NCBI RefSeq assembly: GCF_902459465.1
Contig: NC_047081.1
Location: forward strand, 3,348,001 to 3,412,000
From: Asterias rubens
Taxonomy: Eukaryota
Direction: 5' to 3'
DNA: 64,000 bases
Shown: piece by piece, positions 1 through 12,300 of the stretch
Layout of the letters: each line of letters begins with the position of its first letter
Position numbering within the stretch: position 1 is the stretch's first letter
The notes under the pieces: model-generated
Database searches by the model: none
The model's input: only the letters and a program-made list of their open reading frames with translations
What the model was told of the DNA's origin: nothing
Program-made: the position numbers and the translations under genes

Positions 1-39
1 TTCTAGCTAGAAGTCTTTTAGTCTTAGTCCTCCTTGAAA

Positions 40-224
40 GCACACAAATTCGTCCAACAAGGGTCATTTTTGTTTCATATTTTCTCGCAACTTTGATGAC
101 CAATTGAGCCCAAATTTTCACATGCTTGTTATTTTATGATTATGATTATTTTATGATTATAATGGGATACACCAAGTGAGGACACTGGTCTTTGACAATT
201 ACTAAACGTGTACCTTCCCTTTAA
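40..224. mobile_element. Right half of a related TTAA MITE (terminus GTGTACCTTCCCTTTAA); a sister copy starts at 49591
   Basis: Family body plus TTAA end. 49591 begins TTAAAGGGAGGGTGTAC. Confidence 0.6.
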
Positions 225-360
225 TTGCCTGATGTTTGGACCCAAGCAGAGTCTTTCTCAAAGTCTTCGCCGATTTAGCCTTTCTCAAAGTCTTCGTCAA
301 TTAAGCCTTTGAGAAAGACTCTGCTAGGGTCGAACCAAATGCCAGGCCATTCAATATTTT
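221..360. repeat. Degenerate inverted pair of the hammerhead repeat with an internal short duplication
   Basis: Both arms keep AGACTCTGC and the stem-I ends, but GAAACGTC is destroyed in both (CAAACATC on minus; GAACCAAATGCC on plus). Confidence 0.6.
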
Positions 361-2483
361 GCAAATATTATACAAAACACATGTACTCTAAAGTTGCTGT
401 GAATTGACGATTGATGTAAATTCTGGTCTTTATGAGTAAGGATACAGGCAAAAGCCCTTGGGAGACTTGCTAAACCTAGCAGTTTTGGTGCCACCCAGCT
501 TATCAATGTCCCACATTTTTCAACATCAACCACTGACCGCAAACTGCCCAAGTCGGCACGGCCAACTTGTCAGTCTCATTACTTTTTCCAGCATTTACGC
601 AACAACTGTACAGGCAATTCCTGATTAGTGGAATAATAATAACGGCTTCTACATTACATTTACAATCAATGAGCAAGTGCTTCACAAAAACATTAAGTAG
701 GCTAATAAGCAGACATAAATGGAACAACTCAAGGATAAGTGTCCAAACTCATACTTATCAATCCACTTTTTCAACTTTACAAATACTTGAAGTTTTTAAG
801 TGCAGTCTAAACAAATCATTCAGTGTTGACCTTATTTCCAGTCAAACAAAACGTGATGCCGACAACAATTTTACATTTATACTGTTAAAGCAGGCCTTTA
901 TGCCGTTAAAGCATGCCCGTATGCTTCGTTTTGAAAGGGCAAGGGGCACAGAGGCATTTTCTCCTTGGTAAATGGCACCCTATGATGAAATTGTAAATTT
1001 CTACTGGGGCATTTCAAGAGCACCAAGGAAATGACAGGGGACATATTGGTTCGGAACAGTAATTCGAAACAGTAATTCCCCTTTAAAAATGTATTACATG
1101 TTATTTTGGTACATAACAATGCCCCTTATAACTATCTCCTTAAAATATACATAATTTGAAAACATGCAAAGTGTAAATTGTTGGACTTGGGCCTAATTTC
1201 ATAAAGCTGCTTAAGCAAACAAAATTGGTTGGTTACCTGTTGCTGTTAAGTGAGGTTTTTCTGTGCTTAGCAAGTTTGTGTGCTGACAGGCTTTATGACA
1301 TTTGGCCCAGGTTTGACAAGTATTCTTATTCCATTTATAACATACTAGTGTCATCGCCAGCTTTGGCAAGTCTTTCTGCCGTCTTTGCTTTCATCCTTTC
1401 TTACTCCCACGTCCCTGTTTCAAAGGAGCTTTAAAAACAACCCCCAAGCACAGTTCAAAATCTGTGAATTGTGCCAGTCCGTCCAATTGCATAGCAATTC
1501 CTCAGAAGGATCTCTTTAAAAACAGTACTTGAAAATCACCTTATTTATTTTTTACTTATCATTGATCCCCACTAACTCTTTCCCTCTGGGCTTGACTAAG
1601 TCGAGATGTACAAATTTACTTTGACTAGTTCGTAAGTAGACAAATATAAATGGTAGGTGAACAATTACACATGAGCCGCTTTTTTGAGAACACAGAACTC
1701 AACCGATCTTAAGACTTTCACCGAACCTCTATTTGTTTGATTATTTACATTTGAATTTTAAGAGTATCAAAATGTTTGCAGGCTCGTTTTACGATTACTA
1801 AAAACAACTGGACAATTGCCCAGGAGTTTCTATTCAGAAAGTGTTTACTCTCATTCGATTTTGAGAGAACACTCCATAAGAATTTCAATTACGTTCTTAA
1901 ATGGTTGTGCATGTTTATCTTTCGCACATCTCAAACAAGGCCCTCCAAGCCTAACTACAGTACTACACAAGTTACAAATAGCCAGGCCATTAAGATCAAG
2001 GTGTAAACAGTCCATCGATCAATACATAGTATTGATTAGCAATTCCGATCAATATTTGTTATTGATTGGTCTAGATTGGCTTTGTGTATTGGGAGTTGTG
2101 AGTCTAGCATTTTCTCAGTGGGAAGTCTAGTTACCTACAATTAATAATTCAGGGTAACAATCGTAGGTTTCCCTTTAATGTACCCCTACACATCTCAAGG
2201 TCTCGTTACGTTCTTTGATCGATACTAAACTAGAAAAAATAAACTGTCTTGTTTTCATTGCTGATTACAAAGTTAGTATTGATACTAATTATCATTGGTG
2301 ATGTTTATTGCTGTTGTGTTTTGATTTTTGTGTTTTGCAACTCGTCGAGTATAAACTGGCTTTTCTCAGAACCACTCACTCACTCACTCATGAGTTCACT
2401 CGGTCGCCCTCAGAACCATTACTCAGTAGAGATCCTCAGCATGCATGTTTACCATTATTGTACCACATAACTATCTTAAATTA

Positions 2484-2855
2484 TAAAAATTTTGGTTTTT
2501 ACCCATACACCAATGTGTGTTAGCACTGTATACTCACGAGTCCTGTGAAAAAAATATCACAGGCATGTTACTCTGGTGGGATTCAAACCCACGACCCTTG
2601 CAATTCTAGAGCAGTGTCTTACCAACTAGACTATCGAGGTTGCCCAGTAGCTAGAGGCAGTTCGAATCCTATGTTTTGGCAGCGGGTACCGCAACGATAT
2701 AAGAGATGTTAAATTTGCATAGGGGATAAAGAATATAAATTTTGTTTTTTACCCATACACCAATGTGTGTTAGCACTGTATACTCAGTATATCGGTGTAT
2801 GGGTAAAAACCAAAATTTATATTCTTTATCCCCGATGCAAATTTAACATCTCTTA
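2484..2855 (-). mobile_element. tRNA-headed SINE-like retroelement with 250-bp direct repeat, inverted tail and 12-bp TSD
   Basis: The minus strand has an A-box-like TCTAGTTGGTAAGA and a T-arm GTGGGTTTGAATCCCAC. ACCCATACACCAATGTGTG recurs at 2501 and 2751. 69-bp inverted arms at 2696-2764 and 2791-2859. TATCTTAAATTA flanks both ends (2472-2483, 2856-2867). Confidence 0.75.
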
Positions 2856-3164
2856 TATCTTAAATTACTTGTGTAAATGGTTCATACAGACAAAATGTTT
2901 ATCACACAAAAAACACCAAACACATTGCTTGCACGTTACACAACAAACTTTTAAAATGAAAAAAGAGCAACTCAAAAAAGAATTGAACTTTACTTCACCT
3001 TAGGTCTGATACAAGAAAATACATCAGGTTTTAAATTCTTCATTTAACTAGTCAATTATAATTCATCCAATTCGTTTTTGATTAAATTGTTGGACTACAA
3101 CTCTAGTATACAACCATGAATCGAGAGTCACTGTCCGATACAATCCATTACATACAGGTCTATT

Positions 3165-3208
3165 AGCCTTTGAGAAAGACTCTGCTATAGGGTCGAAACG
3201 TCAGGCCA
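3165..3208 (+). ncRNA. Minimal type-I hammerhead ribozyme motif (U3-A8 core variant)
   Basis: GCCU - UUGAGAA - A - GACUCU(GCUAU)AGGGUC - GAAAC GUC - AGGC. Shows stem I, a covariant core, an extra A, a 6-bp stem II, GAAA, a 2-bp ACGU stem III and a GUC site (cleavage predicted after 3202). Confidence 0.65.
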
Positions 3209-3302
3209 GTAACTATTTTCTTGAGCAATCAATTACCTGACATGTTTTGAGATTATTGCAATTGATCACCAACACAGGTAGTGACTTTCTACATACTCTG
3301 TT

Positions 3303-3475
3303 CAGGCCTGAATACTTCGTTGTTGAAAGGGCAAGGGCACCAAGGCGTTGTCTCCTTGGTAAAGGCACCCTGTGAGGAAAATGTAAATTTCTACTGGGAC
3401 ATTTCAAGGGCACCGAGCCAATGACCAGGGGGCATGGAGGCAATCGCCCCCATTGCCTCCGTGAAGTCAGGCCTC
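3303..3475. mobile_element. CAGGCCTG-ended MITE with 6-bp TSD (TCTGTT)
   Basis: Terminal CAGGCCTG/CAGGCCTC, internal GGGCAC..GGCAAT motifs. TCTGTT at 3297-3302 and 3476-3481. Confidence 0.8.
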
Positions 3476-4568
3476 TCTGTTCAATGACCAAGTATAGCAC
3501 AGCAAAAAAAGTACACCAGAAAACACAGTAGAAAAAAAGACCGCTGTATGCAAAGCAGGTTATACACCCCGAGGTTAAAGGTTAATCCTGAGCTGTTTTT
3601 GTGAGGCATTATCCGCAGGAGGAAAAGTGACAACAGGTTGTGAGCTTTCTAAACAGTATTCTTGATGAATTCCAACCAGGAATGCTTTCTTTGTTGATAT
3701 GTTTTCATTTTAGTATTTAGAGGAGTCAATAGGAAATGACCCCCGGTCACACATTGCTTGGTGGGTTATGAAATTTATCATTTTTTTTATTTAACCCTAA
3801 GCAGGGATTTCAAAAAGAGGAAATAAATTAGTCTATTAAATACTCAGTCACTAGGTTCATATATTGTGAATCTATTCACCGCAGTAATCCAACCAGTGAG
3901 TTGTTGTAGTTTTGTACACTGGTCACACACCGCAATGTTGCTATTAGTTATACGAAAGGACAAATCCGTACTACAAACACCAACTCCTTCATCGCTACTA
4001 CTAGATAAAAGCCCAACATGGACCTTTCTTACTGAACACTGATCTTTTCTATTCTTGGTTTACTTTTTTTGATGGTGCTTCAAAATCTGTCTTCAAGGGT
4101 GTAAGTCTTGGCAAACAGAAAGCCACAACTTGAGGATCACATGAAGGAGATAAAAGACCTTGTCTATTGTGTCAACTTCAGTGGTTGCAGTAGGGCCCCC
4201 AAAATAACTTATATTCGACAGATTTAAGAAAGTTTGTGTGATTCCTTTTCTCTGTGTAATCTCAGACCAACATATTTCAATCGAAATCCATCCCTTGTGG
4301 GACGTACAGCAGGGGGAGATTATCCCGGTGCATAATCCCATAGCCATCTTACACTTATCCCCAAACACAATGTCAAATCTCAGTTTGGGTAAGTGAAAAG
4401 TTTTAATCCATCCTATAGTTTGCCAAACTAGTGACAACACATTTTGACACGGAGAGCAACAAATGTAGGAATTGCACGACAGACACATGAGGCTCAGTGG
4501 CCAACTCACCAACACTGTGCATGCAGAGGATTCAAATACTCATTAAATAGTTGTTTTGTAAAGAGTAA

Positions 4569-4747
4569 AGGCCAATTCACACTGCAGTGATAACGAGAAC
4601 GATAACGATCACGACGCAAAAAGAACGCATTGTATTGGTTGAATTGCTCCACACGGAATACGCACAGACTCATTCAACCAATGGTATGCGGTCTCTTTGC
4701 GTCGTTATCGTTATCGTTCTCAATATCGCTGCAGTGGGATCGGGCCT
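4569..4747. mobile_element. PIF/Harbinger-type palindromic MITE with TAA TSD
   Basis: AGGCCAATTCACACTGCAG ... CTGCAGTGGGATCGGGCCT flanked by TAA (4566-4568, 4748-4750). ACGATA/TATCGT inverted arrays inside. Confidence 0.75.
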
Positions 4748-4753
4748 TAACAG

Positions 4754-5036
4754 GGCCCGATTTCATAAGGCTGCTAAAAGGCTGACTCTGTGTTTACTGA
4801 GCGATTTCCATTTCATAGCGCTGCTTAAAGTAACCACATGAAAAGGAAAAGGCATGCTAACCTGTAGGTGCTTATTGTATGAAACATGATGTAACAATAT
4901 AAATCCATTGTGAAAGTGCAAGCTCGCTGCTTTATTTTCTTACTTACCTGTGAAATACACTTACGCTTAAAAAACAATTTTTTTCTGCTATACATGTAGT
5001 TGGCAGAAAAATTGGTTACTGTTATGAAATTGGCCC
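4754..5036. mobile_element. Harbinger-type GGCCCAATTTCAT MITE
   Basis: Homologous to 55731-56011, with inverted termini. Confidence 0.7.
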
Positions 5037-5490
5037 CTTGTGAAATAATTCTCTAAAGATAATAAAGTTGGATTAATTTCTTGCTATCCTGTGAAATAAG
5101 CAAATGCTTTTTCTGCTTAAGTTAGCAGAAAAATTTGCTTACCGTTTTGAAAGCAGCATCTGGTCAAATGTTCCTCTACTCTAAAGATAATAAAGTTGTG
5201 CGTATTACAATGTTTAATGTTCACTGATACTTGGAAGGAATGTTGAACACAATGGAAGTTTAGCATGTTGTGATGTTGTCTTTTTACTGCCAATGACTAA
5301 TACCAGTCCGAAACTTTCTTGTCAAATGTATGCGATTAAACTTCCATGCAGACTGAAAAGCTATTGACTTTAATTTGTAATGAATTTGTGACGCAGATTT
5401 ATCCCTGATGGACAACCTATCCACAACAGTGCCATTATTTTGAGCGTTTAAAAAATTATAAATGTGTACTTGAATAGAGAATCCAGGGCC

Positions 5491-5789
5491 AATGGGCCAT
5501 ATTTTTGACCGCGTGAGGGCGCTCTCAATCACTTCCGGGGGTATATTCATTCATACGCAAAACAGTTTTTAAAGATTGGAACACATTATAACCACAGACA
5601 TCTAATCCATCACAGACAATAAGACTTTTAAAGGAGCCGTTATAATCCACCTCTAAAGCAAATTGAAACTACGGCGCAACAAAAGTGACAGAACGCCTAT
5701 TAATTTGTGCAGGGCGATTCGCGTGTACCCCCGGAAGTGATCAAAATACTATTTATAGCGCCCTCGCGCGGTCAAAAATAAGGGGCATT
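5491..5789. mobile_element. MITE with ~33-bp imperfect TIRs
   Basis: AATGGGCCATATTTTTGACCGCGTGAGGGCGCT versus AGCGCCCTCGCGCGGTCAAAAATAAGGGGCATT. Inner inverted ATCACTTCCGGGGGT/ACCCCCGGAAGTGAT. Confidence 0.7.
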
Positions 5790-6389
5790 AATGGAATACT
5801 AACTGGGGGAAAGAAAGTGAACACAGAAGAGTCTAACTTTGTTACAACCTTGAAAATTCACAATACACTTCTTCAACTCCACACACTACCAGAGAATAGT
5901 TACAAATTATCAAATAATTGCAGGTATTGGTGAAGATGGTTGGTCTATAATTAAAGCAAAGGCCTTGAAGGCAGAGGTAGAGATGAAAATGTCCTGTGTT
6001 TGACCCCAGGGTCTAATGAGGCCAAAGGACCAGGGGTCACAGAGGGGTGTCGTAAATCTCACCATAATCACTGTCCCCAAACCAGGTCACCTCTAAGCAT
6101 GCTCTAAGTCATGTCCATCAAAACTACATTGCAATAATAATCCCTGGTGAGGGAGGTAGGAAACAGGTGGGGATTTTATTTAGGCTGTGACAGGTGGTGG
6201 AATTTGTAGCAAATAAAATTTACAAAATGTGAAAATTTGTATTGACTGTTGATTTTAGGTAGCTGCCTCATTAGCCTACACTAAGGAGTACGTCAGAAAA
6301 ATGTATTTGTAACACTACAACTTACAAGTCAGTCCAAACAAGATATCAACAATACAGCCAAATTACCAAGTTATGCAGGTCAACACAGA

Positions 6390-6780
6390 AAAAAATAGAT
6401 AGGGATTTGAACCTACGACCTCCAGATTAACATGCCGGCACTTTTCCAATTGATATACTATGTATATTGTATCACCCTAATGGTGGCTGACTCCCTATTT
6501 TGTCAATATCTTTGTGCGTAGGTGCCAGTTTACTTAGTGCCAGTCAGAAGCCATTCAACCTGTAGTTGCCAGTTTAGCCAGGGATCACACCCAACCAGGA
6601 TTACCTTATGTATGGGGCCTCCACTTTTTGTGTCGAATATCAAGTAATAAACCACAGGGAAATGACTGATCGAACTTTAATTGAATAATCAGGTACCAGT
6701 AAAAATGTACCAGTAAAGGATTCGAACCTACGACCTCCATGTGCTCTATCATCTTAACTATCCAGACCTAATGTCGGCAT
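6390..6780 (-). mobile_element. Degraded tRNA-derived SINE fragments
   Basis: Two reverse-complement B-box/T-arm motifs, GGATTTGAACCTACGACCTCC and GGATTCGAACCTACGACCTCC. Confidence 0.4.
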
Positions 6781-8935
6781 TAGAATTTATCTAAGAACTT
6801 ATTTATCGGACCATAGTGCAAGGACCTACACCAACCTCACCTCAAGTATCCTCGCCACACCATTAGGCTCAAATAAACCTACTCCAAGTTGCAAAATCCC
6901 AAACAATAACATTCCCCTCATTCAAAGAAAAAGTCTAGCTCTGTAAACATCACACTGTGGAAGTATACCAGCTACCCATATAACTGTTCAAATACTAGCA
7001 ACTACGTGCTAGGAATTCAGAATGGAGAGGTGTTGTCGTTTTTTGTTCTGCCAAATATTTGAACAGAGGGAGTAATTCTGCAATGAAAAACTTCTGAAGA
7101 ATAGCTCGGAGAAGTTCACAAAGTAATGTGATATTGAATGAGGGTGATGGAGGACATTATTAGTCAGTGCTTGGAGTTTCTAAGAAGTGAGAAACAAAAA
7201 AATAAAAAAGCACTCCCAGACATTTTACAACATTTATAATAAGGTTTAGCTACAAGTTAGCTTTTAATGACGCACAACAACGAGCAACTTCGGAGGACAC
7301 TAGGTGGCAGCAGACTAACAAGCTTTATCTCTCTTCTCAGAAATCTGCGCTTAATGGTGTACCATGGCCGAGCGGATAAGAACATCGGACCCAAGCTCAG
7401 ATTCTTCTGATAAGAATAGGTCTCATACTTCAAAAAACACAGCTCGCAAACCTTGAAGGAAATATTACATAACTCTCACACAAATGATAAGTCTTCTTTG
7501 ACCTCTATACTATGTGTTTTAAAAGGGTACACAACTAAGCTGTTTTCAAATACCTGTTACCCCTTCCACAATGAAATTTGAATGTCAAAGTACAAAAAAA
7601 AATTGGCTGAATTCAAAGACATAATTAGAGAGAAAACAATAGCCCCTTTTGTGTTATCAGATGGAGGTAGGCCTGACTTGATGCCCGGTCACGAACTGAA
7701 GTGAAACATGCCTCAAGAAGAGTGCAGTCATTGTTTGTGGTTCTTCCCACTCCAATCAACTCTGTTTACAGTGAGTTATATCTTGGAAACTGCTTCCCCA
7801 TTGCCTCTAATCAAATTCTTCATCACTCTCACTCTCCATTGTGTCTGTGTTTACCGTCTTTACTCAAATGCAAAGGGTTTCATCTAGTGTCTCTCCACAA
7901 CTACATAACACAAGCTTGTCCACAAAAATCACTAACTCATTGCTGGAACTGAGAAAATACAAAAAGAACCAGCGTTGGCTCATTGCGAAAGTGCTCCACA
8001 GGAAAAGCACAGGGCACCACAGCACTTGCTGTGGGTCCCATGGCTCAATTTTAGCCCTGCAAATCATCACAAAAAATATAGGTAAACCTCCATTTAGAAT
8101 GGCTTTGTTACTAAAAGGAATTAGGTACAGAATTTGTATCTGTTCACACTCAAACGTAATGTACATACATCAAGAAGACTCTGTTATAAGACACTTGAGA
8201 CTCCATAGGATTTTTCTCCCCGCTATATACATAGAGCTGTTGTAAACAACTCATCCCCATGGTTATAGGTCAAATGTTAAAGACATAAGGGTGGTATGCC
8301 ACCCCTCTCATGGTAACAACCAACCACCAAAAATGTAAATTACTAACCAGAACCATCTAGAACCAAATTCAAGTATGTACCCATTGTTGGGTCCAACTCT
8401 CAACACTCAGGGAAAATGTATTGGATTTCTTGACGTATCATCCATCATGTGGAGTCATACAAGCAAGCAAAAATGGTCGAATGACAATGACCTTTTGGAG
8501 ATTGCACTTTTCTGTCTAAGATTCAAGCTATGACTTGCTTGCTTTCCTGACCCCATAACCAATTATATCTTGTAAAAAACATCATCTCTTTGTGAAACCA
8601 GAGGACTTTGCCGAGACCAAACCATTCAGCTCTTTTCCGAAACAAAAACTTATTGTTATAATACATGGTGAAGAAAACAGAACTCAAAAGAGTTTTACCC
8701 GTCTCCATTAGACATATCATTAAAAAAAATATTCACTGTGCATGTATGCAATAACAGACATGAATTTGTAAGGGTGTAAGGCGTCCAGGCACACAAATTA
8801 CTTGTTCCAATATCAGAAGGGTGCACATTTTAAAGACAATAAAATGGTTCCTGACAAATAATGTGCCATTACTGTTACATAATCGTTGCTAGAAGTACCC
8901 CAAAGACTTGTTTTCAATGCAAAACTCATCTTTCC

Positions 8936-9315
8936 TTAAAGGCAGTGGACACTATTGGTAATTACTCAAAATATTTATTAGCATAAAACCTTTCTTGGTG
9001 ACGAGTAATAGGGAGAGGTTGATGATGGTATAAAACATTGTGAGAAACGGCTCTCTCTGAAGTGCCATAGTTTTCGAGAAAGAAGTAATTTTCCACGAAT
9101 TTGATTTCGAGACCTCAGATTTAGAACTTGAGGTCTCGAAATCAACCATCTAAATGCACACACCTTCATGTGACATGGGTTTTTTTTTTCTTTCATTCAT
9201 ATCTCGCAAGTTCGATGACCGATTGAGCTCAAATTTTCACAGGCTTATTATTTTATGCATATGTTGAGATACACCAACTGTGCGGTGGAGGCTAGTCTTT
9301 GACAATTACCAATTA
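8936..9315. mobile_element. Kolobok-type MITE (TTAA-AGGCAGTGGACAC family), right end lost
   Basis: TTAA followed by the AGGCAGTGGACACTATTGG terminus. Body is shared with many copies. Abuts a truncated Harbinger-type MITE (about 9322-9527). Confidence 0.75.
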
Positions 9316-12300
9316 CCAATTACAGTAAGCACAGAATCGGCGCTTACGGAAGCAGGGAATTCTGTGCTTACGGCAAGTGTATTTCACGAGTTAGCGTCGA
9401 ATTTGGGCTTCTTCGCGTGCATATTTGACATTACTAGGCATTCTACGCTTACAAGGCTAGCGCAGAAATTCGGCGCTTGCATGTAAGCGGGGAATCGCGA
9501 TCGTAAACAGAGCCATAAAATTGGGCCCTGTACAGCGGCAGTTGTCTTGCGGCTTTTACCCCTAATGTTGAGCCCTGCAGTACATGTACTAAGATGTACA
9601 CTATTAAATCTAAAATACTCACATAATAACCCCCAAAAAGGAGTGTGCAAAAGTCACAAAATAAGTAGATAAACCCCTTCTTCATCAGTGTAATAGGAAA
9701 CCCATATATTTTGGGGTTTGGCCTTTTTACTAAAGGTACAGTATTCAAGCAGGAATTTTGACAATGCCAGATGCTGTGCAAACTGATTTTAAATTACTCT
9801 ATCAAGACCATAACATAAACTGACACACAAACAACAGGATCACTTGAACTATACTACAAAAAAGTTGAGACATTTAATTGAGTGTGTCAAAAAAGTGTAA
9901 AGAGGTTTTCATTCTTTGCGGGGATGCATTTAATCCGTTTTTACGGCAATCTTTGATCAGGTCACGCTTGGGAGACAGAACTGCATCAAAGGGCCAGCCA
10001 TGCATAAACTTCATTTTATTACCACTTCAACAGGTATACTGTACTTTTTATAACAAGTTGTAGGGGGTAGGGATATAGAGCTGTAAATGAGGTGTAATAA
10101 TTCCAGAATAAAAGGGATTTATCTAAAAGGTGGATTAAGGATGAATCAGAAGGTCAATAGCCGCGACAACTTGCGTACTGGTTTTATTGGGAAGATTAAG
10201 TCACTTTGGCACACAGTTCATGGAATTAAACGTAAGACTGTTTTGTCTAGGTTACTCGTGAGACAAACATTCCGGTGTTGCATTCAAAAACGTGGCTTTT
10301 ATTGCTTGATCGCTTAAGATTAAACTTTAAAATCTGTTGGTCCTTCAAACAATGTGCACTCCTTTTACACAAAAAAATGCCATCATTTTTTGAGGGTGAA
10401 TTTGAGAGCCTCTTGGTTAGTTATTTTCACTTGATTAAACCTGAAAATGCATAAAATTGGAAATAAAAACTTAGCCGTTGTTAATTTTATGGCACAATTC
10501 ATGGTGGAAGGACCAAGTTGTTGGAGTTGAAATATTTTATTGCAAGAAAGCGGGGCATGCATCACAAAGCTAGCTTACTTAAGAGCCTTATCAAGGCTGC
10601 GGAAGTTGGGGAAAGTGTTGTTCAAATTGTTTGGATCAAATAAGTGTGATGATTGAATGTATTGCTTTGAAAACAACATAAGTATGCTTTCGGAGAAGTA
10701 CATCTAGTTTAGGGATCATTGAAAAATGTTTATTTGTGTTTCAAGGCACACGTCACATAATGAAGATTATGGATAACATCAAACAAGTAGAATTTTGTGA
10801 GATTGTTTGAAGTCCTTGTTTCGAGCGAGCAGTTTTACAACTGAAACAAATATTTTTCTTCAAGTAGTTTTAGGGATGCTATTCATTTCAAATTGTCAAT
10901 TTATTCCCATGCTTCTTTAGAACAGCTCTGAAAAATTAAGCCTGGATCATACTTCCTGCGAATTCGTGCGAAGCAAATTTTCTGCGTCACAACGCAAGAC
11001 TTTGGAACGCTAGGTGGCAGTAGACTTACCAGGTAAAGTTGCATTCTGAGCATGCGCACAATGGAATGACCTTGTAAGTCTGCCGCCACCAAGTGTCCAA
11101 AAAGTTCCCCATGGAAAAAAATAACAGGGCGAACAAAATCTCCCAAAACCGCTTCGCATACGCAGGAAGCCGAACGGGTCTTTAGTCAACAATCCCATGA
11201 CAATTCCTCCATCAAAATGATGTCTGCACAGAAAATCTTCCAAAGCTTTTAGAATCACTACAACCTCCCACCCCTTCCTCTTCTAAGGATTCCTAGTATT
11301 GACACAATTTTTAATCCCTACTTCAACTCAAGAGCAAATAGTAGGTAGTAGTAGTTCTTTCATTTTGGGAAACGTAAAATGATTTTAATTAGGCAGGTCC
11401 ACAACAAACTTCAATAGTGGTAAAGTTTTTTGGTAAATAATGGCAGGCGGGGAAAGCCACAGGTTTATCTTGTCTTGCCCTTGTTGTGACCTTGAGGTCC
11501 CTCATACAAAACATTCACATTTGGAGATGAAAATGGCCTTACAAATTTAAAGACGGCCTTCTTCTTCAAGAGAAAATTCAAGGCGTAACATCAATTCATT
11601 TTAAGTTTTGATTCCCTGAGAAAGTCGCGCCTTTTGAACTGGAATATGCCTCACTTTTGAGGTTTAACGCTAAGCCTTAAAAAAAGACCATCCCAACACT
11701 CCTCACACCTCGACTACAATAATTGGAGACACGTTGCTGTCAGTCCATCTCCCGAAATAACTACTTGCGGAGACGCAAGAACCCACAACCTTTGTAAGTC
11801 TATACTATAAATCATCACCATAAACCTTGAAGATTCTAAAGTTGTTTCCTTAACAGCTGAATGACCTGAACTCATAGAAATTATAGGTAAACTTTTCACT
11901 GATTGGGAATCCAGTTTTAGCCCATTTTCTTTCGCACTCTGAATGGGTGGTTTTAAGTCTAGCCTGTGGATATTATTTTCCTTTTTGTTGTCAGACAGCT
12001 CGATTTTTCACCTCTAAAGTCTAGGCTCTAGAAGAATTGTGCGGCACTTTATGTAGGGTTTGAACCATAGAAGTGTGTGCCTGCATACTAAATCCCTGTT
12101 TAGACTTCTGTTTAAAAAAAATTCCTATGGGACGATAACAATGTACATTTTCCCCCTTTCTGCTTTTCAAATTCTGAAATACGTAACATAGGTTATTTTT
12201 CAGTGCCTGGTTTTCTGTCTTTGTTGTATTTTAGTGAACTGATCTGGTATGTTAAGTATACTGGGTAGTTCAACTGTACTGTGGAGACAAAAGCCTTTAA

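Noticed and set aside
4093-4515. 140-aa minus-strand ORF in BICC1-sense orientation
   Set aside because: No KH-domain or BicC exon 2/3 motifs (EDFFQK, WPSKLKIGAKSKK). Those motifs were not found anywhere in 1-13180.
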